This document shows, piece by piece, positions 1-9,043 of a DNA stretch of 64,000 nt. The stretch comes from Myxococcota bacterium (GTDB taxonomy: Bacteria > Myxococcota_A > UBA9160 > UBA6930): contig OZ245002.1 in NCBI GenBank assembly GCA_965223415.1, positions 736,001 through 800,000 on the forward strand, written 5' to 3'. The notes beneath the pieces were generated by a model. That model was given only the letters and a program-made list of their open reading frames with translations, was not told where the DNA came from and made no database searches. The position numbers were made by a program, and so were the translations under genes. How positions within the stretch are numbered: the stretch's first letter is position 1; each line of letters starts with the position of its first letter.

Positions 1-209
1 GGTCCGGGGCGGTCCGGACGCAGGTAGGGAATGAGCTGTCCGCCGCCCCGGGACGACTCGCGCAGCTTGAGCCGCCCCTCGCGCGTGCGGAAGTAGGTAT
101 CCACCTGCCGCTCCGAGCCCACCCACTCGCTGGCGAGCGCCTTCGCCCGGCGCCGGGCCGCCTCCAGGTCGGCACAGCGCGCCTTGATCTCGATGTTGGC
201 CGTGGGCAT
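1..209 (-). CDS. CYTH-domain protein (class IV adenylate cyclase-like), partial; runs off the window edge
   Basis: Manual translation from ATG at 209: MPTANIEIKARCADLEAARRRAKAL...QVDTYFRTREGRLKLRE. Contains the ExEIK-like start, Q-D-Y and RLKLR motifs of CYTH proteins. Confidence 0.85.
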   Translation of the reverse strand, partial: MPTANIEIKARCADLEAARRRAKALASEWVGSERQVDTYFRTREGRLKLRESSRGGGQLIPYLRPDRPG

Positions 210-246
210 CCTGCGCGGGGTATACCGCAGGCCAGGAGGACCCAGC

Positions 247-600
247 ATGCAGAGCCAGGCGACGACCGTCGGTGCCTACCTCAAGGAGCAGCCCCCGGAC
301 CGCAGCAAGGCGCTCCGCACCATCCGGGGATGGGTGAAAGAGGAGCTGCCGGGCGCGAAGGAGACCATGGCCATGAAGATGCCGACCTGGGAGCTGGGCG
401 GCGTCCCCGCCGTGTGCCTGGCGGCCCAGAAGCAATACCTGGCGCTCTACGTGTGCGAGACCGACATTCTGGCCCGCCACCGCAAGGCCTTCTCCCACCT
501 GAACCTGGGTAAGAGCTGCATCCGCTTCAGGGCGCTCGGCGACCTGCCCGAGAAGAACGTGCGCAAGGTGCTGCGGGAGACGAGGAAGGCGCTGGGCTAG
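247..600 (+). CDS. DUF1801 / YdhG-like protein
   Basis: AGGAGG RBS before ATG 247; MQSQATTVGAYL...LAAQKQYLALY...GKSCIRF. Confidence 0.8.
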   Translation: MQSQATTVGAYLKEQPPDRSKALRTIRGWVKEELPGAKETMAMKMPTWELGGVPAVCLAAQKQYLALYVCETDILARHRKAFSHLNLGKSCIRFRALGDLPEKNVRKVLRETRKALG

Positions 601-2095
601 AGCCCGTCGTCGTGTCCCGCGTTCAGCCCCGGCGGCGTCCACGCGATGACCGGGCGCGGCTCCAGCACCGGTGGACCGAGCTCCGGCGTGGACAGCAGAT
701 AGAGCCCGTCGTTCGTCGCGAGCCAGATCAGGCGCCGATCCCATTCGACGAAGACCGAGTCCGCGCTGCGCTCGTGGCTCGCGGGGTTGTCCAGGCGACC
801 TCCCTGGCGCGGCACGAACCAGGCGACGATCTCGGACTCGACGGATCGCTGATGTCGAAGCCCTGGAGGCCGCCGTTGAAGTAGGTGTAGAGCGTGAAGT
901 CCGGGTGGGGTCGACCGGGCGCTTTCAGGTGGGGAGCGTTGTGGGGGCCGAAGCGTCCCCGTTTCGCACAGAAGTCGTCGTAGGGAGCCTCCTCCGGCGG
1001 CACCGGTCGGGGAAGCGCCGCGATCGCGCTCGGCGTCGTCGGATCACTCACGTCGATGATCCACGAGTCGTGCCACTCCTCCTGGCACTCCGTCGCCATC
1101 GACTCGGGGCTGGTGATCACAAAGCCGAGGTCCAGCCGCGCCACGTCGACGGTGTGGTGCGGCATCATCGGGCCCCTTCGGTACTCCGGCGTGTCCCAAC
1201 GCCCGACGAGGGCCGGCCTCATCGGATCCGACAGGTCGTGGATCAGGACGCCAAAGGCCCCCCACCCTCCGAATCCGTAGCGACCTCCGCGCTCGATCGG
1301 CACCGGGACGTACTCCGGGCCGTGGAAGGTGTCGTAAGCCAGGGGGTCGCCCCGCGATCGCCACCGGCTCCGGGCCTCGGTCTCGTCCCGCTTCTGGCCC
1401 GGAACCCACCAGCTCGAGAGGAGCCGCGGCGCGTCCAGATTCCCGACATCCACGACCTGAAGGGATCGGGAGTACTCGACAGCGTCGTACCCGCGCTCGG
1501 GAAAGCGCGCATCCTCGTTCGCGACGCCCAGGTAGGCGTAGCGGCCACCGTCCCACCAGTCGCGGTGGGTTCCGCTCCCCGTCTGGAAGATCCGGGAGGG
1601 ATCGCCTCCGTCGGCGCTGTAGGTCGAGATCTCCCGCACGTCGGTCGGGTCGGTGACGTCGAGGAAGCGGACCCCCCGCGGGCCGGGCGCCCAGGTCGCG
1701 GGCGCGCCGAACGTCGTCATCGACTCCATGAGCACCCAACGCTCCGAGGCCGCGTGGTAGGCCAGGTTGATCGAGAAGCCGAAGAACGCGTCCTCGCCGA
1801 CGACGACCGGGCGCAGCGGGTCCGAGACGTCCAGGATCTGCCCCCTTGCCCGGAGGAAGTCCCACTCCTCCCCGGGAAAGGTCAACTGGAAGAGGTAGCG
1901 GCGGCTGTCCGACGCCATCATCTGCATCTTCCCGGGCCGGTTCGACCCGGGGAAGTGGTGAGCCAGCAGCTCCATCCGGTGGGCGTAGGAGCGGCGGTCC
2001 AGATCGGGGAGGGTGCCCGGAGGCACCATGGGCTCCGCCCCGGAGCAGGCGGTCCATGCGAGAAACAGCAGGGCGCTGCACCGGTCATTTCGCAT
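597..2095 (-). pseudogene. LVIVD-repeat beta-propeller exported protein with one frameshift near 833 (real lesion or assembly indel)
   Basis: Repeated ILDVSDP, FLDVTDP, IHDLSDP, IIDVSDP, FDISDP units and a PHN motif. ORF 728-2149 loses sense after FDISDPSSP; the natural continuation (IVAWFVP...LYLLSTPELG) is in the 597-815 frame. Confidence 0.75.
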
Positions 2096-2402
2096 GATCG
2101 GCCATCGCGGAAAGCGTCGCGCGCATGCGTTCTTCAGCGGCGTCGGCACCCGTCGCCTCCAGCACGCCGGCGTTGTTCACCAGGACGCGGAGGCCCGCGG
2201 GCAGGTCGATCGTAGCGGGATCTTCCACGTCCAGGCGCGCGACCCGGAGACGGCCCCCGGCGTGGCTCTCCAGATCGCCGGCAGCGCCGGGATCGCGCAT
2301 GGTCGCGACCACGTCGAAGCCGCGCCGCGAGAGCTCGAGCGCCGTGGCACGGCCGAGGCCGCGGCTGGCGCCGGTGACGAGGGCCGTTCCGCGGGGCTCC
2401 AT
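2085..2402 (-). pseudogene. Truncated short-chain dehydrogenase/reductase (N-terminal Rossmann half, 105 aa)
   Basis: ALVTGASRGLG and VLVNNAG present; no YxxxK; stop 26 codons after NNAG. Confidence 0.7.
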
Positions 2403-2412
2403 GGGCTCCTCC

Positions 2413-3015
2413 TCAGAGCAGCGTGCACAGCTCCCCCAGCCCCGCGAGGGTGACGTCGCCCGAGATCCCCAGCCCGGCGAAGCGGGCCCCCGCAGCCTGC
2501 GCCGCATCCCGGTCGAAGACCGAGTCGCCCACCACGAGTGTGCGAACGGGAGCAACGCCGAGCCGCGCCGCCGCGTGGAGCACCATGTCCGGAGCCGGCT
2601 TGGCGTGGGGAACGTCGGTGCCGCCGACGACCAGGTCCGGCGTGGCCCCGGCGCGAGCGACGAGCTCGCCGGCCAGGGGATTGGGGGTATTGGTGATCAC
2701 GGCGCTCGGAAGGCCCCGCTCGGCGAGACGGCGGAACACCGCCGGGACCTCCGGAGCGATCTCGAGGTGGGCGAGGTGATCGGCGAAGTGCCCGTGGTAG
2801 AAGGCCTCGATCTCCTCGATGCCGTGATCCGGGAAGAAGCCCTCCCGATCCGCCGCGACCCCCTGCCCCCAGGCGGCGCGGAAGGCCTCTGCCGAAATGG
2901 CCGGATAGCCCCATTGCGCGCAGGCGTCGTTCATCAGGGCGAACCAGACGGAGTAGGAGTCGATCAGGACGCCGTCGAGATCGAACAGCACGGCGGCGAC
3001 ATCCGGAGCCGGCAC
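2413..3015 (-). CDS. HAD-family phosphatase (phosphoglycolate phosphatase-like)
   Basis: FDLDGVL, VITN, KPAP and VGDSxxD motifs. Confidence 0.9.
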   Translation of the reverse strand: MPAPDVAAVLFDLDGVLIDSYSVWFALMNDACAQWGYPAISAEAFRAAWGQGVAADREGFFPDHGIEEIEAFYHGHFADHLAHLEIAPEVPAVFRRLAERGLPSAVITNTPNPLAGELVARAGATPDLVVGGTDVPHAKPAPDMVLHAAARLGVAPVRTLVVGDSVFDRDAAQAAGARFAGLGISGDVTLAGLGELCTLL

Positions 3016-3124
3016 CGCCGCAGCATAGGCCGCGAACGCAGGCTGGACACTGCGGGCTGCAGCGCCGAACCTGCACCCTCCACCCGCCCGGCGCCCGCTC
3101 GGCGCCGTAGGCCCTCGCGAAGGA

Positions 3125-3140
3125 TGGCACGCCCCTTGCT
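3125..3140 (+). promoter_or_regulatory. Sigma-54 -24/-12 promoter upstream of the DUF4097 gene pair
   Basis: TGGCACGCCCCTTGCT matches TGGCAC-N5-TTGCW; lies 13 nt before ATG 3154. Confidence 0.7.
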
Positions 3141-3153
3141 CCCTTCCCTACCC

Positions 3154-4119
3154 ATGTCCGCTCGACTCGCCCTCGCGACCGGCCTCGCGCTCGGCCTGCT
3201 GGGCGTCTCGCCCCCGGCCCTCGCGGAGCGCTGGGAGGAGGCGCTGCCGGCCGGCCCCGGCGGAACCGTCGAGGTGGAGCTCGACCTCGGCGACGGCCTG
3301 CGGCCGGACCCAGGCAGCCTTTCCCTGCGCGGCCACCAGGTGGACGAGGTGCGCGTCGCCGTCGAGACCGACGGCTGGGGGAGCTGGGGGGTCGAGCCGG
3401 AGCTGGCCGTCGTGGGCGGTCGGATCCGGGTCGAGGTGCGGGTGACCGGCGCCACCTCCTGGATGTTCGGCGGCCCGAACGTGCGCGTGCGCATCTGGGT
3501 CCCGGAGAAGACCTCCCTCGACCTGCGGTCCGGAGGCGGGCCGGTACGGATCGAGGACCTCGTCGGATCGGTGCGCGTGCGGACTCGGGACGCCGGCGCC
3601 GAGATCCGGGGCGTCGAAGGGCCGGTGAAGCTGCGCGTGCAGGACGGCGACGCGGAGCTCGAGGAGATCCGCGGCGATCTCGACGTCAGCAGCACCGACG
3701 GAGCGATCCACGCGGTGTGGGTTTCCGGCGACGTCGAGGCGCGAACCACCGACGGCGCGATCCGGCTCGAGCACGTGGGCGGCCGGGCCGTCGCCAAGAC
3801 CCTGGCCGGAGACGTCGAGGTCTCCGGGGTGGGCGGGCCGGTCGAGGCCCGCACCGAGGCGGGGCAGCTCCGAGTCGCCTTCGTCGGCGCCCCGGAAGGC
3901 TCGCTCCTGGTGGAGCGCGGGAACATCGACGTCCAGCTCCCGGCGAACGCCGGGGCCGAGCTGGATGCGGCGGTCACCCGCGGCGAGGTGGAGATCGCGG
4001 GGGGGCTGATTCCGAACGGAGACGTGGGAGCGAGCCACGCACGGGGCACCCTGGGCACCGGCGGGGGAAGGCTCGTGCTTCGCAGCTCGAGAGGTTGGAT
4101 CCGCGTGAGCGGACGTTAG
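3154..4119 (+). CDS. Exported DUF4097 beta-strand repeat protein
   Basis: Signal peptide ending PPALA; repeats such as STDGAI, TTDGAI, TLAGDV; C-terminal LRSSRGWI. Confidence 0.8.
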   Translation: MSARLALATGLALGLLGVSPPALAERWEEALPAGPGGTVEVELDLGDGLRPDPGSLSLRGHQVDEVRVAVETDGWGSWGVEPELAVVGGRIRVEVRVTGATSWMFGGPNVRVRIWVPEKTSLDLRSGGGPVRIEDLVGSVRVRTRDAGAEIRGVEGPVKLRVQDGDAELEEIRGDLDVSSTDGAIHAVWVSGDVEARTTDGAIRLEHVGGRAVAKTLAGDVEVSGVGGPVEARTEAGQLRVAFVGAPEGSLLVERGNIDVQLPANAGAELDAAVTRGEVEIAGGLIPNGDVGASHARGTLGTGGGRLVLRSSRGWIRVSGR

Positions 4120-4132
4120 GCGAGAGGAAGAA

Positions 4133-5008
4133 GTGATGAAGAACGAGATGACGACGCTGCTGGCCCTCTTCCTCGCCGGGGCCCTCGCCCTGCCCTACGC
4201 CGCCGGAGCGGAGGACCTGGAGGCCACCATCCCCATGGCGCCGGGAGGCAAGCTCAAGATCGACCTGCCGGGCGGCCGCATCGAGGTGGACAGCCACGAC
4301 GAGCCGATCGTCGAGCTCGACGGCTTCGCGAGCGGACGCTTCCACTTCAGCGTCGATGAGAGCGACGACCAGGTGGTGGTCACCGGTCGCAGCGAGGGCT
4401 TCCTGCCCTGGTTCCTCGGGCGGGTCCAGCTCCACGCCCGGGTGCCGACCCGCTTCCACCTGGACCTGGAGACGGCCGGCGGCCGCATCGACATCCAGGA
4501 CATCGAGGGCGACGTCAAGGCCCACACCAGCGGCGGCCGCATCGAGCTGGAGGAGATCGCTGGCCAGGTCGACGTTCACACCTCCGGTGGACGCATCCAG
4601 GCCCAGGAGATCCGCGGCGATCTCGACGCCGAGACCAGCGGCGGCGGGATCCACCTCTCGGAGATCGAAGGGGACGTGGACGTGCGCACCAGCGGGGGGA
4701 GCATCCGCGTGCGCGAGGCGACCGGCGAGGTGAAGGCGCGCACCAGCGGCGGCCCCATCGAGGTGCGCTTCCTCGGTGCGCCGGAGGGCGACCTCGAGAC
4801 CTCCGGCGGCTCGGTCGAGGTGGAGGTTCCCGAGGGTCAGGGCTTCGACCTCCACGCGGAGACCTCCGGCGGTCGGGTCGAGCTCGACCGGGAGCTCCAC
4901 TTCGACGGCGAGAGCGAGCGCTCCGAGATGGACGGCGAGGTCGACGGCGGGGGCCCGAGCCTCGACGTGAAGACGTCGGGCGGCAACATCCGCATCCGCG
5001 TTCGCTAG
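4133..5008 (+). CDS. Exported DUF4097 beta-strand repeat protein (second, tandem)
   Basis: Signal peptide; about 9 T[SA]GG-x-[IV] repeats, mostly ~18 aa apart. Start may be 4133, 4136 or 4148. Confidence 0.85.
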   Translation: MMKNEMTTLLALFLAGALALPYAAGAEDLEATIPMAPGGKLKIDLPGGRIEVDSHDEPIVELDGFASGRFHFSVDESDDQVVVTGRSEGFLPWFLGRVQLHARVPTRFHLDLETAGGRIDIQDIEGDVKAHTSGGRIELEEIAGQVDVHTSGGRIQAQEIRGDLDAETSGGGIHLSEIEGDVDVRTSGGSIRVREATGEVKARTSGGPIEVRFLGAPEGDLETSGGSVEVEVPEGQGFDLHAETSGGRVELDRELHFDGESERSEMDGEVDGGGPSLDVKTSGGNIRIRVR

Positions 5009-5023
5009 GGAATCGGCCCCCGG

Positions 5024-5398
5024 CTACTCGACGCGGGTCTCCGGCTCCTGCGCCGCGCTTCGCGATCCGGCGCCGTGGTTGCGCAGGAGCCACGTCTGCC
5101 AGGTGTTGCACTGCCGGGAGCGCGCCCACACCCAGTCCGTACGGGCCTCGCACTCGGCCTCGGACGCAGCGACGCGGCCACCCGGCTCGCAGGCGGCGAG
5201 GAACGAGTAGGCCCAGGGATCGAAGGCGTAGTCGCCACACGGGTGCTGCTTCAGCACCGTGTTGGCATCGATCCGGATGTTCCAGTCCCGCGCCCAGGCG
5301 GCCCGGAGCTCGTCGAGCGGCGCTTCCGCCGCGGCCGCGGCGGGCAGGGCCAGGACGAGGGTGAGAAGGGGAATGGGTGAAGGGATCGCGGCGCGCAC
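5024..5398 (-). CDS. Small secreted hypothetical protein with 4 Cys
   Basis: Hydrophobic signal peptide ending AAAA; GC3-biased codons; fills the gap between neighbours. Confidence 0.65.
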   Translation of the reverse strand: MRAAIPSPIPLLTLVLALPAAAAAEAPLDELRAAWARDWNIRIDANTVLKQHPCGDYAFDPWAYSFLAACEPGGRVAASEAECEARTDWVWARSRQCNTWQTWLLRNHGAGSRSAAQEPETRVE

Positions 5399-5482
5399 CC
5401 CCAGACCCTAGCGCCTCGATCCCGCCGACGGCGGACGGCCTGGGGTACTCTTCGCCGGCGCCCCGGGCGCCAGGGGGAGGGT

Positions 5483-6853
5483 TTGAGCGCGGCGTCGCAG
5501 CACGGCAGGGGAGCGGACGACGAGCGGCTGCCCCTTCGCACGAAGCTCGTCTACGCCACCGGCGACCACTCGGTCAACCTGGCGCTCTTCTCCCTGCTCG
5601 CGGTGTTCCCGCCCTTCCTCGTCGAGGAAGCGGGCATGCGGCCGGCTCTCGCGGGCCTGGTTCCGCTGATCGGCCGAATCGTCGATGCGTTCACCGATCC
5701 GGCCATGGGCCGCCTCTCCGACCGCACCCCTTGGCGTGCGGGACGTCGCCGGCCCTACCTGCTCATCGGGATGGTGCCCTTCGGCCTGGCCTTCGGTGCG
5801 CTCTGGGCGGCCGTGCCGGCCAGCGAAGGCTATGGCGGATTCGCCTACTACGCCTCCGTCTACGTCCTCTTCAGCCTCGCCAGCACCGTCGTCGGCGTCC
5901 CCTACCTGTCGCTCATCCCCGAGATGACCCACAGCTACGACGAGCGCACTTCGATGAACGCGGCTCGGGCCGTAGGCGCGATCCTCGGCTCCTTGGCGGC
6001 GACGACCCTCCCCCTCATCGCGGCCACCCTTGGCGGAGGCTCCCTCGGCTACCAACGCATGGGAGTGGTAGCCGGCATGTACGTGATGTTGCCATGGGTG
6101 TTCGTGTACGCCGTCACGTTCGAGCGACCGCGTCAGGCGACGGGCCCGGCTGCGAGCCTCTGGAGCAACCTGCGCTCCGTCGCGAAGCTGCGCTCCTACC
6201 GCCTTCTCGTCGGGCTGTTCCTGCTCGGGCGGATCGCGATCGATCTCACTTCGGCGATGTTCATCCCGTTCTTCACCTACCGGCTGCAGAACCCCGATCT
6301 GTTCACGCCGACCCTGGCCATCTTCCTGGGGATGGTGGCCGTCGCTGTGCCGATCTGGTCCGCGATCAGCAGGCGAACCGAGAAGCGGACGATCTTCCTC
6401 TTCGGCGTGGTCTGGTGGATCGGCTCCCAGGCGTTCCTGTTCTTCGCGACGCCGGAGTGGCCCGCCTGGGTGGTCTTCGTGGGCGCCGCCTTCGGAGGCG
6501 TCGGCTACGCCGCCGCCGACATGATTCCCTGGTCGATGCTGGGAGAGGTGGTGGACGAGGACGAGCTCGAGAGCGGAGAGCGTCGCGAGGGGATCTACTT
6601 CGGCCTCTTCACCTTCCTGCGCAAGCTCGGCGGAGCCCTCGGCGTGGCAGGGGCGTACATGGTGCTCGACTGGGCCGGCTACCGCGGCGATCAGCCCGTC
6701 GAAGAGGCACCGGTCGGCTGGATCCGCGCCTTCACCGCTGTCGTCCCGGGCGTCTTCGTCCTGCTCGCGGGCTTCGTCGCCCTCCGCTACCCCCTCGATC
6801 GCGCTCGCCACGCCCAGATCCTCCACCAGCTCGAGGTGCGCCACCGGGGCTGA
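5483..6853 (+). CDS. MFS transporter, glycoside-pentoside-hexuronide (MelB-like) family
   Basis: DAFTDPAMGRLSDRT..GRRRPY, LIPEMT..YDERT and RREG motifs; about 12 TM segments; TTG start after GGAGG. Confidence 0.9.
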   Translation: MSAASQHGRGADDERLPLRTKLVYATGDHSVNLALFSLLAVFPPFLVEEAGMRPALAGLVPLIGRIVDAFTDPAMGRLSDRTPWRAGRRRPYLLIGMVPFGLAFGALWAAVPASEGYGGFAYYASVYVLFSLASTVVGVPYLSLIPEMTHSYDERTSMNAARAVGAILGSLAATTLPLIAATLGGGSLGYQRMGVVAGMYVMLPWVFVYAVTFERPRQATGPAASLWSNLRSVAKLRSYRLLVGLFLLGRIAIDLTSAMFIPFFTYRLQNPDLFTPTLAIFLGMVAVAVPIWSAISRRTEKRTIFLFGVVWWIGSQAFLFFATPEWPAWVVFVGAAFGGVGYAAADMIPWSMLGEVVDEDELESGERREGIYFGLFTFLRKLGGALGVAGAYMVLDWAGYRGDQPVEEAPVGWIRAFTAVVPGVFVLLAGFVALRYPLDRARHAQILHQLEVRHRG

Positions 6854-6871
6854 GCCGGGCGCGGGGCCCGT

Positions 6872-7483
6872 TCAGGCGCAGAGCAGGCGGCGGAGCTGGG
6901 TCTCGAGCTCGGCGGCGATCTTCTCGGCGTCGCGCTCGCCGCGGTCGACGGCGCGGGCGATCTGCACCTGCATGACCGCCAGGCAGGTGGCGGCGAGGGT
7001 TTCGGCGTCGCCCTTGTGGAACAGGCCTTGGTCCATTCCGGCCCGGAGGATGCCGGTCAGGCGCTCGATGCTGGCCTGCCAGCTCTCGCTGCCGACGCCG
7101 GCGGTCGGACGCAGGCCCCAGCCCAGGCCCTCCGCCAGGGTGATGCGCAGCCAGGCCTCGTGCTCGAGGAGGAAGGCGGCGTAGCCCCGGGCCATGCTGG
7201 CGACCTGGTCGAGGGGGCTCTCGGCGCCGGCCATCGCCTCGCCGACCGCCGCCACGAACTGGCGGCTGCGCTCGGCGTGGATCTCCTGATACAGCTCCTG
7301 CTTGCCGGCGAAGGTGGCGTAGACGGTCTTCAGGGAGACTCCGGCCTCCTTCGCGACGTCCTGCATCGTCGCCTGGTCGAAGCCGCGCTCTCCGAAGACG
7401 TGCTCCGCCGACTCGAAGATCAGCTCGTGATACATGCGGGCGCGGGCATCCTCGAGACGGCTGGTCGCGGCGGCTCGGGCCAT
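6872..7483 (-). CDS. TetR/AcrR family transcriptional regulator
   Basis: N-terminal HTH: FGERGFDQATMQDVAKEAGVSLKTVYATFAGK. Confidence 0.9.
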   Translation of the reverse strand: MARAAATSRLEDARARMYHELIFESAEHVFGERGFDQATMQDVAKEAGVSLKTVYATFAGKQELYQEIHAERSRQFVAAVGEAMAGAESPLDQVASMARGYAAFLLEHEAWLRITLAEGLGWGLRPTAGVGSESWQASIERLTGILRAGMDQGLFHKGDAETLAATCLAVMQVQIARAVDRGERDAEKIAAELETQLRRLLCA

Positions 7484-7550
7484 GGGTCCCCCCGGGGTAC
7501 TGAACGATGGTTCAAAGGATAGCGAATCGACTCTACGAGGCATATTTTTG

Positions 7551-7578
7551 TTGATCTTTTGATAACTAATGTTACTCT
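7551..7578 (+). promoter_or_regulatory. Putative sigma-70 promoter with TetR-type operator between tetR and the WS/DGAT gene
   Basis: AT-rich island; TTGATC-N16-TACTCT enclosing the inverted repeat TAAC-TAAT-GTTA (7563-7574). Confidence 0.4.
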
Positions 7579-7636
7579 TATGGATAACAGACATTTTCCA
7601 AGGCCCCGACCGATCGGCGCGGACCCGGAGGAAGAC

Positions 7637-9025
7637 ATGCGACAGCTCGGCGCCCTCGACACCCTGTTCCTCTCCGGTGAGACCCCGGAGACCCCCGGCC
7701 ACATCGGCGGCCTCTCGGTCCTCGATCCCACGGGCCGGGAGAGCTTCGATTTCGACTACCTCCGCGCCTTCCTCGTGGAGCGCCTCGCCAGCGCGCCAGA
7801 GTTCGGCTGGAAGCTCCAGGAGGTGCCCCTCGGCCTGGATCGCCCCTCCTGGGTCGACGATCCCGCCTACACGCCGGAGGACCACGTCCGGCGCCTGGCA
7901 GTGCCCGCGCCCGGCGGCACCCGGGAGCTTCTCGACCTGGCCGGCTACCTGTACGCCCGGCCCCTCCCCAAGGACCGCCCGCTCTGGGAGATCTTCGTGC
8001 TCGAGGGCCTGCAGGGCGGCCGCGTGGCGCTGCTCTGGAAGGTCCACCACTGCCTGATGGACGGCATGTCCGGGGCGGGCCTGAGCAAGGCGCTCTTCGA
8101 CCTCGAGGCCGATCCGGCGCCCCGCCCGCAAGCTGCGCTGAAGGACGAGGACCGGGCAGGAGACGAGGACTCCTGGTGGAGCCAGACCGCCCGCGGCGTT
8201 CGCAACGCGGTGGAGCGACGCCGGGCCCTGCGCAAGCACGTCGGCGCCTACGCCAAGAGCGCGATCGGCTCCCTCTTCTCCGGCGAGGCCGAGAGCGCAC
8301 CGGCCGTCCCGCACGTCAGCTTCAACGGCGCGGTCGGCGCCGAGCGCGCCCTGGCCTGGTCGAGCGTCTCGCTCGAGGACGTGAAGAGCTTGAAGACGCA
8401 GCTCGGCGTCACCGTGAACGACGTGGTGCTCGCCCTCTCGAGCGCCGCCGTGCGCCGCTACCTGGAGGAACGGGGAGAGCTCCCGGTGGAGAGCCTGTGG
8501 GCCTCGGTGCCCGTCTCCCTTCGCGCCGAGGGCGACAAGCAGCTGGGCAACCAGGTCGGCGAGATGAACGTGCTCTGGGCCACGAACGTCGAGGACCCGG
8601 TCGAGCGGGTCCAGGCCATTCATGCGAGCACGAGCGAGGCCAAGGCCCGGACGAAGGACGGCGAGCCGAGCATGCTGGTCGCCCTCAGCGAGAGCCTGAG
8701 CCCGGCCGTCGCCTCTCTGCTGATGCGGGCCACGAGTGCGTTCCCGGATGCGGTGCCCCTGCCCGGCAACGCCTGCGTCTCCAACGTGCCGCTCTCGCCG
8801 AAGCCCTTCTACATCGCCGGTGCCCGGGTCGAGCGGCTGATGCCGATCTCGATGCTCGCGCCCACCCAAGGCCTGAACGTGACGGTGGTCAGCTACTGCC
8901 GCGAAATCCAGTTCGGCTTCACCGTCGACGCGGGCCTGGTCCCGGAGCCCTGGGCCCTGGCCGACGGCGTGCCGAAGGCGATGATCGAGCTCCAGGAAGC
9001 CGTCGCGAGGCAGGCCGTCGCCTAG
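7637..9025 (+). CDS. Wax ester synthase / diacylglycerol acyltransferase (WS/DGAT)
   Basis: HHCLMDG catalytic motif, RPLWE, TVNDV, SNVP; GGAGG RBS before ATG 7637. Confidence 0.93.
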   Translation: MRQLGALDTLFLSGETPETPGHIGGLSVLDPTGRESFDFDYLRAFLVERLASAPEFGWKLQEVPLGLDRPSWVDDPAYTPEDHVRRLAVPAPGGTRELLDLAGYLYARPLPKDRPLWEIFVLEGLQGGRVALLWKVHHCLMDGMSGAGLSKALFDLEADPAPRPQAALKDEDRAGDEDSWWSQTARGVRNAVERRRALRKHVGAYAKSAIGSLFSGEAESAPAVPHVSFNGAVGAERALAWSSVSLEDVKSLKTQLGVTVNDVVLALSSAAVRRYLEERGELPVESLWASVPVSLRAEGDKQLGNQVGEMNVLWATNVEDPVERVQAIHASTSEAKARTKDGEPSMLVALSESLSPAVASLLMRATSAFPDAVPLPGNACVSNVPLSPKPFYIAGARVERLMPISMLAPTQGLNVTVVSYCREIQFGFTVDAGLVPEPWALADGVPKAMIELQEAVARQAVA

Positions 9026-9043
9026 GCGAGAGCAGCCCTCGGC

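Noticed and set aside
4470..4990. Periodic ACCAGCGGCGGC-like repeats resembling a CRISPR or tandem array
   Set aside because: They encode the TSGG repeats of the DUF4097 protein and vary at synonymous positions.
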